Virus record (IMG/VR): IMGVR_UViG_3300043104_000334 | Origin: a virus | Taxonomy: Duplodnaviria; Caudoviricetes | Length of the DNA: 64,000 bases | Direction: 5' to 3' (one strand) | In this document: in pieces, positions 19,151 to 27,354 of the stretch | Position numbering within the stretch: position 1 is the first letter of the stretch | How the letters are laid out: the number at the start of each line of letters is the position of its first letter | Made by a program: the position numbers and the translations under genes | Notes under the pieces: generated by a model | Told to the model about the DNA's origin: nothing | Seen by the model: only the letters and a program-made list of their open reading frames with translations | The model's database searches: none

Positions 19151-19561
19151 TTAATCTCCTTTATAAGGATAAGCAACCGGTTCAATAGCAATATCAAAAT
19201 TGCTATAATCAATGTTCGTAATATGCACATTGTAATAGCAATCATATCTCTCGTAATAGATGTCACCAGTATCAGCATTTGCTGTTGGTGCAGCTGCTCC
19301 GGGCTTATGCAATGATTTATTCCATTTCTCCACGCTATCAACAGACCGAGTAGAATGAAATTCGGTATACCCTTCCTCTTCTAAAGAACACATAAAAGTA
19401 TCATCTACACAACACCTGAATTGCACACTGTGAAACTTCAATCTATTGAAAGCTTCCTTAAGTGGCAAATCCTTAAACTTAGTATTACATTGCTGTGAGG
19501 ATTCTGTATTTACATTTGCAGATATAGACATAGCACTTTTAAGCAATTCATTCATAAGCAT
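19151..19561 (-). CDS. hypothetical protein with ELLxSA-type N-terminus
   Basis: Begins MLMNELLKSAMSISANVN. Confidence 0.55.
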   Translation of the reverse strand: MLMNELLKSAMSISANVNTESSQQCNTKFKDLPLKEAFNRLKFHSVQFRCCVDDTFMCSLEEEGYTEFHSTRSVDSVEKWNKSLHKPGAAAPTANADTGDIYYERYDCYYNVHITNIDYSNFDIAIEPVAYPYKGD

Positions 19562-19569
19562 TCCCCAAT

Positions 19570-19773
19570 CTAATGATTTGTACCATACTTATCAAGAGAT
19601 GCTAATTCACGATTAAACATCTCATCAAATATGGCACCATTGGCACCTTTCTTTACTACTCTGACTTCCCTGTCATTACCTTTTTCTGTCATATTGAAAC
19701 TTGTAGAACTTTTTATTATCGGTTCGATCATTATCATATGTACCCCTCCAATACATACAAATAACAAACTCAT
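19570..19773 (-). CDS. small hypothetical protein
   Basis: Probable internal start at MIMIEP after GGAGG. Confidence 0.45.
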   Translation of the reverse strand: MSLLFVCIGGVHMIMIEPIIKSSTSFNMTEKGNDREVRVVKKGANGAIFDEMFNRELASLDKYGTNH

Positions 19774-19784
19774 CCTTTGTAAAT

Positions 19785-20321
19785 CTATTTAAGCGAGTCA
19801 TACCATGAGTTCATTATAAACTTTATGATATCCACTACTTTCATTTTGCTTTTGTCAATGTACAACCCAGGCCAGTCACCAATACTGTTAATTCCATTTA
19901 TGTATTTGATTGCAGTTCCACCTGCACTAGCCCAGGATACAAGATTCCTTTTATAGTCATCTACCAAGATATCTTGTTTCGTGAGATTCATTCCCTTTAT
20001 TTTTGATATAGCATTACGTTTGTCTGAACCACACGCAATAAAATTACATAGCGATATGACCGGGTAGTTTTCAGATACCCACAGCATCTTATCAAATATC
20101 TGCTCATTCCTTACACCCGTATCTCCATCATATACAGATGTAAGAATGTACATTTCTGAACTCATGTAACTAGAGAGTCCACGGACAACAAGCTGCATGA
20201 TTGAGTCCGGATAGACATTCCTAAACGCATGAGCTCCAACTTCATTCCAAGCTGGATTTGTTCTTTTATACATTGCTTCATCATACTCAGCAAGAACACC
20301 ATCTAAGTCAAGATAAATCAT
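19785..20321 (-). CDS. HAD-family 5'(3')-deoxyribonucleotidase-like protein
   Basis: IYLDLDGVLA (motif I), ILTS, and ILVDDYKRNLVSWASAGGTAI. Confidence 0.85.
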   Translation of the reverse strand: MIYLDLDGVLAEYDEAMYKRTNPAWNEVGAHAFRNVYPDSIMQLVVRGLSSYMSSEMYILTSVYDGDTGVRNEQIFDKMLWVSENYPVISLCNFIACGSDKRNAISKIKGMNLTKQDILVDDYKRNLVSWASAGGTAIKYINGINSIGDWPGLYIDKSKMKVVDIIKFIMNSWYDSLK

Positions 20322-20354
20322 ATAAGTGACTCCTCCTTGTTTCGTGCGTAATAA

Positions 20355-20897
20355 TTAAAACAATCCAAACTTCTTAACATATATTCTTCTAGGCCAGCCA
20401 TTCTCCGTCGTATAATCACTCACATATTTAAGGCCAGCCTTTTCGATGTTTCGTACGGAGTAAATATTATCAGGATGCACCCGACACCAGCAGCCTTTGA
20501 ATCCTTTGGATTTTGCATAAGCAATTAACTCCATCATAAGTTTATACTGTAATCCGTTTCCTCTATAAGGAAAGTCTACACAAGCCGAACACAAATATAG
20601 ATACTTTCCACCAGGCATATGTGCTCCACCAGCTTTAGCCTGCATATAATGTTCTTCGTCGTAACCAGATGCAGCCATACCTGCAACTCTGTAATCGACA
20701 AGTGCAAGTATAATAACTCCATTCTGCTTTTCAATGTGCTCATAAAAATCTTCTTTGTTGCTGGTTATATACCAAGAATCTTCCGGTAAAGTTTCATCAC
20801 AGCATTTCTGTAACCGCAAGATGTCGTCAATATAATTATCCAATTCAGAAGCATCATTAATTGTAATAAAATCAAATTCCATTGTATTACCCTCCAA
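20355..20897 (-). CDS. GNAT acetyltransferase
   Basis: CVDFPYRGNGLQYKL (AcCoA-binding motif A) and VHPDNIYSVRNIEKAG. Confidence 0.85.
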   Translation of the reverse strand: MEGNTMEFDFITINDASELDNYIDDILRLQKCCDETLPEDSWYITSNKEDFYEHIEKQNGVIILALVDYRVAGMAASGYDEEHYMQAKAGGAHMPGGKYLYLCSACVDFPYRGNGLQYKLMMELIAYAKSKGFKGCWCRVHPDNIYSVRNIEKAGLKYVSDYTTENGWPRRIYVKKFGLF

Positions 20898-20908
20898 TAT
20901 AATTATAG

Positions 20909-21166
20909 TTATTCAACTATGTACCTCTTAAATCTTTCCTGAAATTCCTTTGTACGCGATGACTCTGCGTGAATAACCATATCCATAGGCTTTGACAGAT
21001 TAAGACTGTAAACACCAAGTATAGACTTAGCGTCTACCATGTATCTATCAGAAGATAAATCAATGTCTTCGTCAACCTGATTTGCATCAGACACAAAATC
21101 AGATACCTTGTCAAATGAATTCAACAGAATCTTAATACACACTGAATCTTTGCTATTACCTTTCAT
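20909..21166 (-). CDS. HPr-family (Crh-like) protein lacking the phospho-His
   Basis: RYMVDAKSILGVYSLNLSKP keeps the Ser46 motif; no GLH(15)AR motif. Confidence 0.85.
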   Translation of the reverse strand: MKGNSKDSVCIKILLNSFDKVSDFVSDANQVDEDIDLSSDRYMVDAKSILGVYSLNLSKPMDMVIHAESSRTKEFQERFKRYIVE

Positions 21167-21183
21167 TTCTATTTATTCTCCAT

Positions 21184-21636
21184 TTATTTCTTGACTAAAT
21201 CATCAATAACTGACACATCAATGTAGTCCATTCCTTTATATGTCCTTTCATCATATAAGAAACTGAGCCACTTTGATGATGAACCTTTTACGTAATCATC
21301 ATACTTCTCATTCCATGTTGCTACACGTTTAACGAGCTCAGTAAGCGATAAGGTCATATCGTCACCAGACTCTAGACTCTTCATATTATCTGTCAGGACT
21401 GTATATTCAGTTATATGTCTATTATACAACTTTTTAGCTTCCACTTTTGTCAATATAGATGATGGTATAACTAATGCACTAATGCTGAATCCTAGCACAA
21501 GCCCAATCGTAGATATCCATATTGATATATCTCTCACTACAGACTGTTTGCAATTCACAGATAGTCGCAGTACAACTGCACTTATAATCATAAGTACAAT
21601 TAAATAGATTGATAATCGCATAACTTTATTCTCCAA
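21184..21636 (-). CDS. 2-TM membrane protein
   Basis: Two N-terminal hydrophobic helices. Confidence 0.55.
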   Translation of the reverse strand: MENKVMRLSIYLIVLMIISAVVLRLSVNCKQSVVRDISIWISTIGLVLGFSISALVIPSSILTKVEAKKLYNRHITEYTVLTDNMKSLESGDDMTLSLTELVKRVATWNEKYDDYVKGSSSKWLSFLYDERTYKGMDYIDVSVIDDLVKK

Positions 21637-22188
21637 TCACTTATACAAATAAGCCAATATATCTCCCGATATAGTACCAATATTTCTGTACTCTTTTGAT
21701 GGAATTAACTCCCACCAAAATTGCAGTTCCTGCTTACTCATTTCATTTGTGCTAATAAGTGTGCCATCACATGCAGACCAGATATAGTACAACATATCAG
21801 TCGGTATATTGTTTCCATTACTACCGTAGAGGTATCTATAAGCTGCTTCCTGCTTTAGCTTATCAATTCTATCTTCGGCTGGTAACCCGTCAGTTTGTAA
21901 TCTTGAAATAAAAGCAAGTAGGATACTGTTATCCTCAGGTACTCCGACATAAAGAGCACCAAGATAAGCATTAACAGAATCCTTAATGGTGTCATAATGG
22001 TTTATAGCAGCTAAGTAGTCTTGACCGAGAATAGCATACTTATACATATACCTAAGGTCACTTGCAGACATCTCTGGAGTAAGACCAATATGATATATAT
22101 CAAGTTCTTTCAACTCTGCAATTACTGCAAGCTGTTCCTCAGTAAACTCCCTAATCTGGGTTACTTCTCTTTTTTGCATAGTGTACAT
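21637..22188 (-). CDS. hypothetical protein
   Basis: Packed minus-strand ORF. Confidence 0.55.
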   Translation of the reverse strand: MYTMQKREVTQIREFTEEQLAVIAELKELDIYHIGLTPEMSASDLRYMYKYAILGQDYLAAINHYDTIKDSVNAYLGALYVGVPEDNSILLAFISRLQTDGLPAEDRIDKLKQEAAYRYLYGSNGNNIPTDMLYYIWSACDGTLISTNEMSKQELQFWWELIPSKEYRNIGTISGDILAYLYK

Positions 22189-22789
22189 ATTCGTAATAAT
22201 ACCTCATGAGTATAACAATTCCAGTTGAGAACAGAATTGCAATTATCCATATTAAAATTCCGATTATTCTATTTACATTGCAATAAATAAACTTGTATAC
22301 ATTCCTATACAAATATACTTCGTGTAACCTTAAGTCAGATAACATATTATATTGAATCTCATAATAGTTATCTGACTTAGTGTTCACGAATGCCTGAATG
22401 TCATAGATAGCATTTGTATAAATGTATGGTCTGATATAAGAGTTACATAGAGTTAGGTCTGCCGGTAGCAGTGCTTCGTAAAGTTCATCAGCGTCATCAG
22501 CTATTTCAATATACTGACTCTGCTCCTCAAACTCTATACTTTTCCGAAACTCTTTGTACTCAGTTAGTAACCCTGATACAGAATCCGATGAATCACACAT
22601 TTGCACTAATTCATCTTTATCAGGGTAACATAATGTATATTCGTTTATAATGAACTGTTTTAGTGTATCAAGATTTGAACTATCATGATCAAACCTATAA
22701 AGAAGTGCTATTAAGGAAATAACCATGACCTGCAGAACAATCAAGATAATTGTTCTGTTCGTAATGTGTTTATATTGTTCTGTAAGCAT
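22151..22789 (-). CDS. membrane protein (N- and C-terminal TM helices)
   Basis: Hydrophobic segments at both ends around a soluble domain. Confidence 0.55.
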   Translation of the reverse strand: MLTEQYKHITNRTIILIVLQVMVISLIALLYRFDHDSSNLDTLKQFIINEYTLCYPDKDELVQMCDSSDSVSGLLTEYKEFRKSIEFEEQSQYIEIADDADELYEALLPADLTLCNSYIRPYIYTNAIYDIQAFVNTKSDNYYEIQYNMLSDLRLHEVYLYRNVYKFIYCNVNRIIGILIWIIAILFSTGIVILMRYYYEYVHYAKKRSNPD

Positions 22790-22806
22790 AGCTTCTCTCC
22801 ATTAAG

Positions 22807-23466
22807 CTAAAATCTTGGCGGCAGATACTTCTCCTGTTTAATAAGAGCTTCTCTGAGTATATTATCCATCAGCTGTAAATTTAATTTATAATCCAATGGA
22901 GTATTGTACCTTCTGATAGTATCTTCAAGGTTGTTAAGTACACATAACTTAATGTACTCTTTCTGCCAATCAGACCTTTCATCAACGATGGTGCACTTGT
23001 CAACCATACATACAATAGGGACTATGTAATCCGTACATCCATCCGGTAAAGCCCTAAAGATATGCGGATAAAGATGTCTGCAATGCATCTCGTTCTGATG
23101 TACAGGCGACTTATCTGTTTTGTAACATCCGTAAATCCCTGCATCATCTAAGGTTATTTTCTTAGCCTTGTAAGCTTTAACCTCAATAGGAAAAACCCTG
23201 AATTTAGATACATAGAGAACATCAATTTCGGTAAGGTCACCAAGATTCTCAACATAAAGCTGTCCATTCTCACCTTTCTTTATATTACCAGCCTGTTCCT
23301 TATCAACCTTATACGAGTAAGAATGAATAAGGATACCGCCTTCTTTAAGATAGAACTGCTCACATATCTTGAAAACTGCCTGTTCACCGAAAGTACCTTT
23401 TCCCGTTTGGGAGGATGACCTCATCCTCCCAAGCAGATTATTAACTGAGTTGTCTAAACTAGACAT
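22807..23466 (-). CDS. NERD-domain (PD-(D/E)xK) nuclease
   Basis: GTFGEQAV...EIDVLYVSKFRVFPIEVKAY...SPVHQN. Confidence 0.8.
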   Translation of the reverse strand: MSSLDNSVNNLLGRMRSSSQTGKGTFGEQAVFKICEQFYLKEGGILIHSYSYKVDKEQAGNIKKGENGQLYVENLGDLTEIDVLYVSKFRVFPIEVKAYKAKKITLDDAGIYGCYKTDKSPVHQNEMHCRHLYPHIFRALPDGCTDYIVPIVCMVDKCTIVDERSDWQKEYIKLCVLNNLEDTIRRYNTPLDYKLNLQLMDNILREALIKQEKYLPPRF

Positions 23467-23468
23467 AT

Positions 23469-24284
23469 TTACTTCACATCCTCGTTTCTGACGCTGTAAT
23501 AGCCAACAAACTTTCTAAGCCACGTGTCAGGATAGAATGGCACATAAAGTCTGTTAGGATAGGACTTGTTTACTTTGACCCACACAACTCCGGATTGTGC
23601 ACTATCCATGGCCGCTGCATTATTCCCGATAAACAGATTTGATGTCTCCTCATCAATAGGAGTCACGATACGAATAGGGAATTTGAGTATTGTCTCTCCG
23701 GAAAGAGCATCTCTGTTACTCTGTGACAGTAACAGTAAATGTACGCCAACATCATCGGCATGGTCAAGTATTTTACTTATTGAGTCGTTGAACCATTTCA
23801 TTTTAGCCGGCGTATCACAGAATCTCTGATACTCATTGATAATAAAGATAACATCTTTCACGCCACTCTTCTTGTCATACACATCATCGTAGCAGTCTAC
23901 GTGAGCACGCACGCATTCTCTGGCCCTGTTGTAGACAAGAGATTTTAAAGCCATCAAGCTGTTCTCGAACTCACTATACAATTCCTTGATTGATGTTCCA
24001 TCACCGGCAACGTACTGATGAATTTCCTTAAACTGTGGAATATTTTTCCCGTCAGGAATACTATTCACCCAGATGGCTGCGTCACCAAATGCAAAGTCAT
24101 GCCAGCAGATATCAAGTTCTCTAGGGTTTGTTTCCTGAATTACCCTGACAAGAAGTGAGTTAAGAAATGTGCTTTTACCGGCACCACATCTTCCTGCCAC
24201 AACCGCACTCTGCATACACGTTGCTACATAGTCGTACTTCTCATTTCTGCCGAAATAGTAGTACAAGTCTCTTGTTCGTTTCAT
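23469..24284 (-). CDS. stand-alone FtsK/SpoIIIE-type ATPase domain
   Basis: AVVAGRCGAGKSTFLNSLL...NPRELDI, atypical Walker B FIINEYQ, GVHLLLLSQS, FPIRI. Confidence 0.8.
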   Translation of the reverse strand: MKRTRDLYYYFGRNEKYDYVATCMQSAVVAGRCGAGKSTFLNSLLVRVIQETNPRELDICWHDFAFGDAAIWVNSIPDGKNIPQFKEIHQYVAGDGTSIKELYSEFENSLMALKSLVYNRARECVRAHVDCYDDVYDKKSGVKDVIFIINEYQRFCDTPAKMKWFNDSISKILDHADDVGVHLLLLSQSNRDALSGETILKFPIRIVTPIDEETSNLFIGNNAAAMDSAQSGVVWVKVNKSYPNRLYVPFYPDTWLRKFVGYYSVRNEDVK

Positions 24285-24339
24285 AGTTACATTCTCCTTT
24301 TAATTAGATTATTTTTTTTTTGATGTGCGCACATCAAGA

Positions 24340-24486
24340 ACTCGGGTGAGGATTCGAACCTCACATTTATCTTAAGGCACTATGGATACTACATCCATAC
24401 TCCACCTTAAGTATTCTTAGATGTCCCAGGCTTTTGTATGTAATCATGACTGTACTCATGAATAGGCATACTCAACATCCCCAAGT
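24340..24486 (-). ncRNA. tRNA-like structured RNA of about 147 nt (not a canonical tRNA)
   Basis: Perfect T-arm TGAGG-TTCGAAT-CCTCA, followed by CCCGAGT that can pair with 5' ACTTGGG. Two long internal arms: GATGT..GTATG..TCATGA/TCATGA..CATAC..ACATC and CTTAAGG..TATGGAT/ATCCATA..CCTTAAG. Confidence 0.55.
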
Positions 24487-24493
24487 ATATCAC

Positions 24494-24518
24494 ACTGGTA
24501 GCTACAGTAGCTACCAGT
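24494..24518. terminator. perfect palindrome / hairpin
   Basis: ACTGGTAGCTAC-A-GTAGCTACCAGT, between the 24525 stop and the tRNA-like RNA. Confidence 0.5.
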
Positions 24519-24524
24519 TATGTT

Positions 24525-25001
24525 TTAATGACGAATAAAATCTATTGTCTCCAGTGAATAAAGTCCACCCCCAGATATCTCATTGTGTTCTGCACCGGCA
24601 TACCCTGCAACAAGAATTTGTGCGGTTCTAATGTCGAACCGTGTAATATCTTCCCTTGTTACTAGACTCCAGTCATCCGTATCAACGAAATCCTGAAACT
24701 CGCTGAATGACTCAACCTCGTCACCAAGGTTTCTCACACCGAGCTGAATAGCACAGGAATAGAGTGTGTATAGAATGGTGAATGAATTTGCATTGGTACA
24801 GTAGTCCTTCATAAATGGAAAGATATTCCGGTACATAAGGACAACACGCGCCGATAACCATTCATTGTCAATAGACACTACGCTCCTGTTAATTTCTGAC
24901 AATAAATTTCTGACCCAAATAAAAGCCTTCTCACTGAGCATAGGCTTTGTGAATTTGAGTAAATCCTCTCTGTATTTAGAAGTTATAGAGATAACGTCCA
25001 T
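24525..25001 (-). CDS. hypothetical protein
   Basis: 158-aa ORF apparently in the same operon as the RNase H genes. Confidence 0.6.
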   Translation of the reverse strand: MDVISITSKYREDLLKFTKPMLSEKAFIWVRNLLSEINRSVVSIDNEWLSARVVLMYRNIFPFMKDYCTNANSFTILYTLYSCAIQLGVRNLGDEVESFSEFQDFVDTDDWSLVTREDITRFDIRTAQILVAGYAGAEHNEISGGGLYSLETIDFIRH

Positions 25002-25014
25002 ATTTGTTTAATCC

Positions 25015-25572
25015 TCACTTCATCGTATAAAATGTATTGCCGAGCCTTGACGCAATAGCTCCCTGTAGGTTACGAATACTGAAATTGGTACCTTTGTACT
25101 TTGTACAAGCTAGATAGATACTCATATCAGGAAGTACCAATTCAATATTTATATATTTGTCAAATAGCGACAATATGTTTGTAATAGCTGTACAATGATG
25201 CGCTATAAGCGTATCATCCAGAATCACATTACATATTTTTAATTTCAGTAAATCATAAGTAGAGTCCTGTTTGACATTACTGGGTAAGTTACTAAGCTTG
25301 ATAAATCCGAAATGCTTAGTATCTACATTACAGTAGATGTTCTTACCATCAATGAAATACTGGATTGAAATATACCCAATATCAGATTCTCTACCGTATT
25401 TGTTTAATCCTGACTTCATAAAGTCACGATTACATTGCATGAAGAACTTTTTTGCTTCAGCAACTGTCTCGACTTTCTTAAACTGTGGATAAGTATACAC
25501 ACTGTTGAAAAAGTCAAGTTGCCTTTGGGAATATACAATTGCTCTATATTCATTAGATACAAATGCATACAT
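25015..25572 (-). CDS. protein with an N-terminal RNase H1 hybrid-binding (Cauli_VI)-like domain
   Basis: MYAFVSNEYRAIVYS...YTYPQFKKVETVAEAKKFF resembles YAV...GIY.W...Y.GA.YKKF.T.EEA..F; the remainder may be a degenerate RNase H fold. Confidence 0.45.
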   Translation of the reverse strand: MYAFVSNEYRAIVYSQRQLDFFNSVYTYPQFKKVETVAEAKKFFMQCNRDFMKSGLNKYGRESDIGYISIQYFIDGKNIYCNVDTKHFGFIKLSNLPSNVKQDSTYDLLKLKICNVILDDTLIAHHCTAITNILSLFDKYINIELVLPDMSIYLACTKYKGTNFSIRNLQGAIASRLGNTFYTMK

Positions 25573-25578
25573 ACGTAA

Positions 25579-26016
25579 TTACCTCCGTATTGCCAGTTTA
25601 GCAAGCCTGTCAACATAGGTATTAGGGTTGATGACATTCTTATGCCCTCTAACCTTTTGAAATCTAACCTTACACTTGTTTCGTAATGTTCTCACAACAC
25701 GGACTGAGTTAAATATAGCAGGAACATTAGTTCTTACCGTGTCCTCATTGTCAAGGTAAGTATTGTAAAAGTCAATAGTTGATGCGCAGTCAATATTGAA
25801 CTCGATTATATCATCAGGGCTCAACTCCTCGTTATCTATAAAGTAAGCAGCAGCCAACCCTACGCTTATGGTTTCTGCATGCGTAGGGTTTGACATACCA
25901 TTTAATTTTATACTGCCAGAATTGATATAGTTATCATCCGTAAGGATAATGTAAGAACACCCGATGACGTTTCTGTCATTAGACCCGGCACCGTCTGTAT
26001 AGACCATATATCTCAT
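25579..26016 (-). CDS. rnhA: ribonuclease HI
   Basis: VYTDGAGS, THAETI, NIDC, KVRGH and NTYVDRLAK supply the D-E-D-D catalytic set. Confidence 0.85.
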   Translation of the reverse strand: MRYMVYTDGAGSNDRNVIGCSYIILTDDNYINSGSIKLNGMSNPTHAETISVGLAAAYFIDNEELSPDDIIEFNIDCASTIDFYNTYLDNEDTVRTNVPAIFNSVRVVRTLRNKCKVRFQKVRGHKNVINPNTYVDRLAKLAIRR

Positions 26017-26034
26017 CTTACATGCTGTCCTTTC

Positions 26035-27351
26035 TTAATATAAATCTTCGATAAGTTTTAGCTTAGCATCCTTACGACCAAACTCTGGCTCTGCACTGAT
26101 AGGTAACCATCCATCAACATCATATGATACAATATCAGATAACTCTTTGGCAACTGCATCATACTCATCCTCGTAAATACCGAACATACCAGCATCATGA
26201 ACATAATTGATGATATAAGACTTCTTAGCCTTATTCATTAAGATACGATTAGCCTCGTAAACCGATACACGCATAAGGTCAGCAGCTGTACCCTGAATAG
26301 GATTGTTGATTGCGAGTCTCAACATTTCTTCATCGATACTACCAGCTCTAAGGTTGCCACCAACAAGTTTACTCGAATAGGCAGTATTTATTGGAGTACC
26401 GAATGCAGTCTTGAATACTGTATTACCATGACTGATTTGATCCTTCAATTCATTTGTCCATTCAATTCTTGCTGGATGATTTCCAATGCGTTTTATCATA
26501 GCTGCTTTGATGGGGTCTCCGGTTGGGTTCGACGTTGAACCATACATTACTGCATTACTGTACCTTTTGATAATGTTACGATTCTCTTTCATAGCATCCG
26601 TAATTTCCATCTTGTCAAATACTGTTTTTCCGCTGACGATATCCGACTCAGGCATTGTGATGTAATGTAACAAGCCGAAATAAGCATCATCATACAAGCG
26701 AATAAGCGCCTGTATCTGCGGGTCTTTGATAAATGCAGAATAAACGATACGTGGTTCAATCTGGCCGGAGTCTGTGTGTAATAGTACATACCCCTTTGGC
26801 ACAGTTATAATTTCCTGTATCTCACGAGCAAAATTCTGAATGGCTGGTTTCTTCATAGCAATACGACCAGTATTCTGCTCTGCCCATTCCGGCTTCAAAA
26901 TGAGCATCCTGTGCCCATCACAAGACGGAGAATTGGAAATAGGATTCTGCAGCAATGACACAAGCGTACCTCTCGTCTTTGTGAAATTAGCATACTTCTG
27001 ATACACTCGCAGTAACATCACTGTGTCCTCATTAAGCATACCTGTTTCAACAGCAGAATCGATGGACTTCTTCTCCAGAGATATTCCGGTTTTTGTTTGG
27101 TCAAACACAGATATATCTGCATTGTTAGTAAGCCAGTACCTCATGTTTGCACTGGCATCAATGCCGTTAGGTTTACCAATAACATCGAACAATGGTCCGG
27201 CAACTTTTTCAATCTGCATCTGGAGATAACAGATATTCATCATTACCTTGTCAAAGTCTGCAAACTGTGGCATCATGTTATTGTGCATTCTTAAAGTCCC
27301 CAGGGTTTCCTCAACCCCAGGGATTCTTGTATTATTTGTTATACGAATCAT
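26035..27351 (-). CDS. short family-A DNA polymerase (polymerase domain only, atypical motif B)
   Basis: TGRI..KKPAIQN, motif A DSGQIEPRI, motif B RNIIKRYSNAVMYG, NNPIQGTAADLM, motif C VHDA; no exonuclease domains. Confidence 0.85.
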   Translation of the reverse strand: MIRITNNTRIPGVEETLGTLRMHNNMMPQFADFDKVMMNICYLQMQIEKVAGPLFDVIGKPNGIDASANMRYWLTNNADISVFDQTKTGISLEKKSIDSAVETGMLNEDTVMLLRVYQKYANFTKTRGTLVSLLQNPISNSPSCDGHRMLILKPEWAEQNTGRIAMKKPAIQNFAREIQEIITVPKGYVLLHTDSGQIEPRIVYSAFIKDPQIQALIRLYDDAYFGLLHYITMPESDIVSGKTVFDKMEITDAMKENRNIIKRYSNAVMYGSTSNPTGDPIKAAMIKRIGNHPARIEWTNELKDQISHGNTVFKTAFGTPINTAYSSKLVGGNLRAGSIDEEMLRLAINNPIQGTAADLMRVSVYEANRILMNKAKKSYIINYVHDAGMFGIYEDEYDAVAKELSDIVSYDVDGWLPISAEPEFGRKDAKLKLIEDLY

Positions 27352-27354
27352 GTT

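Noticed and set aside
24312-24340. Intrinsic terminator at the TTGATGT-GCGC-ACATCAA hairpin
   Set aside because: On the minus strand the stem is followed by an A-run, and on the plus strand the T-run precedes it, so it lacks a 3' U-tract in either direction.
24340-24486. Canonical tRNA gene
   Set aside because: Only the T-arm and a possible acceptor stem fit. There is no D-loop GG arm or 7-nt anticodon loop at the right spacing, so it was kept as a tRNA-like ncRNA.
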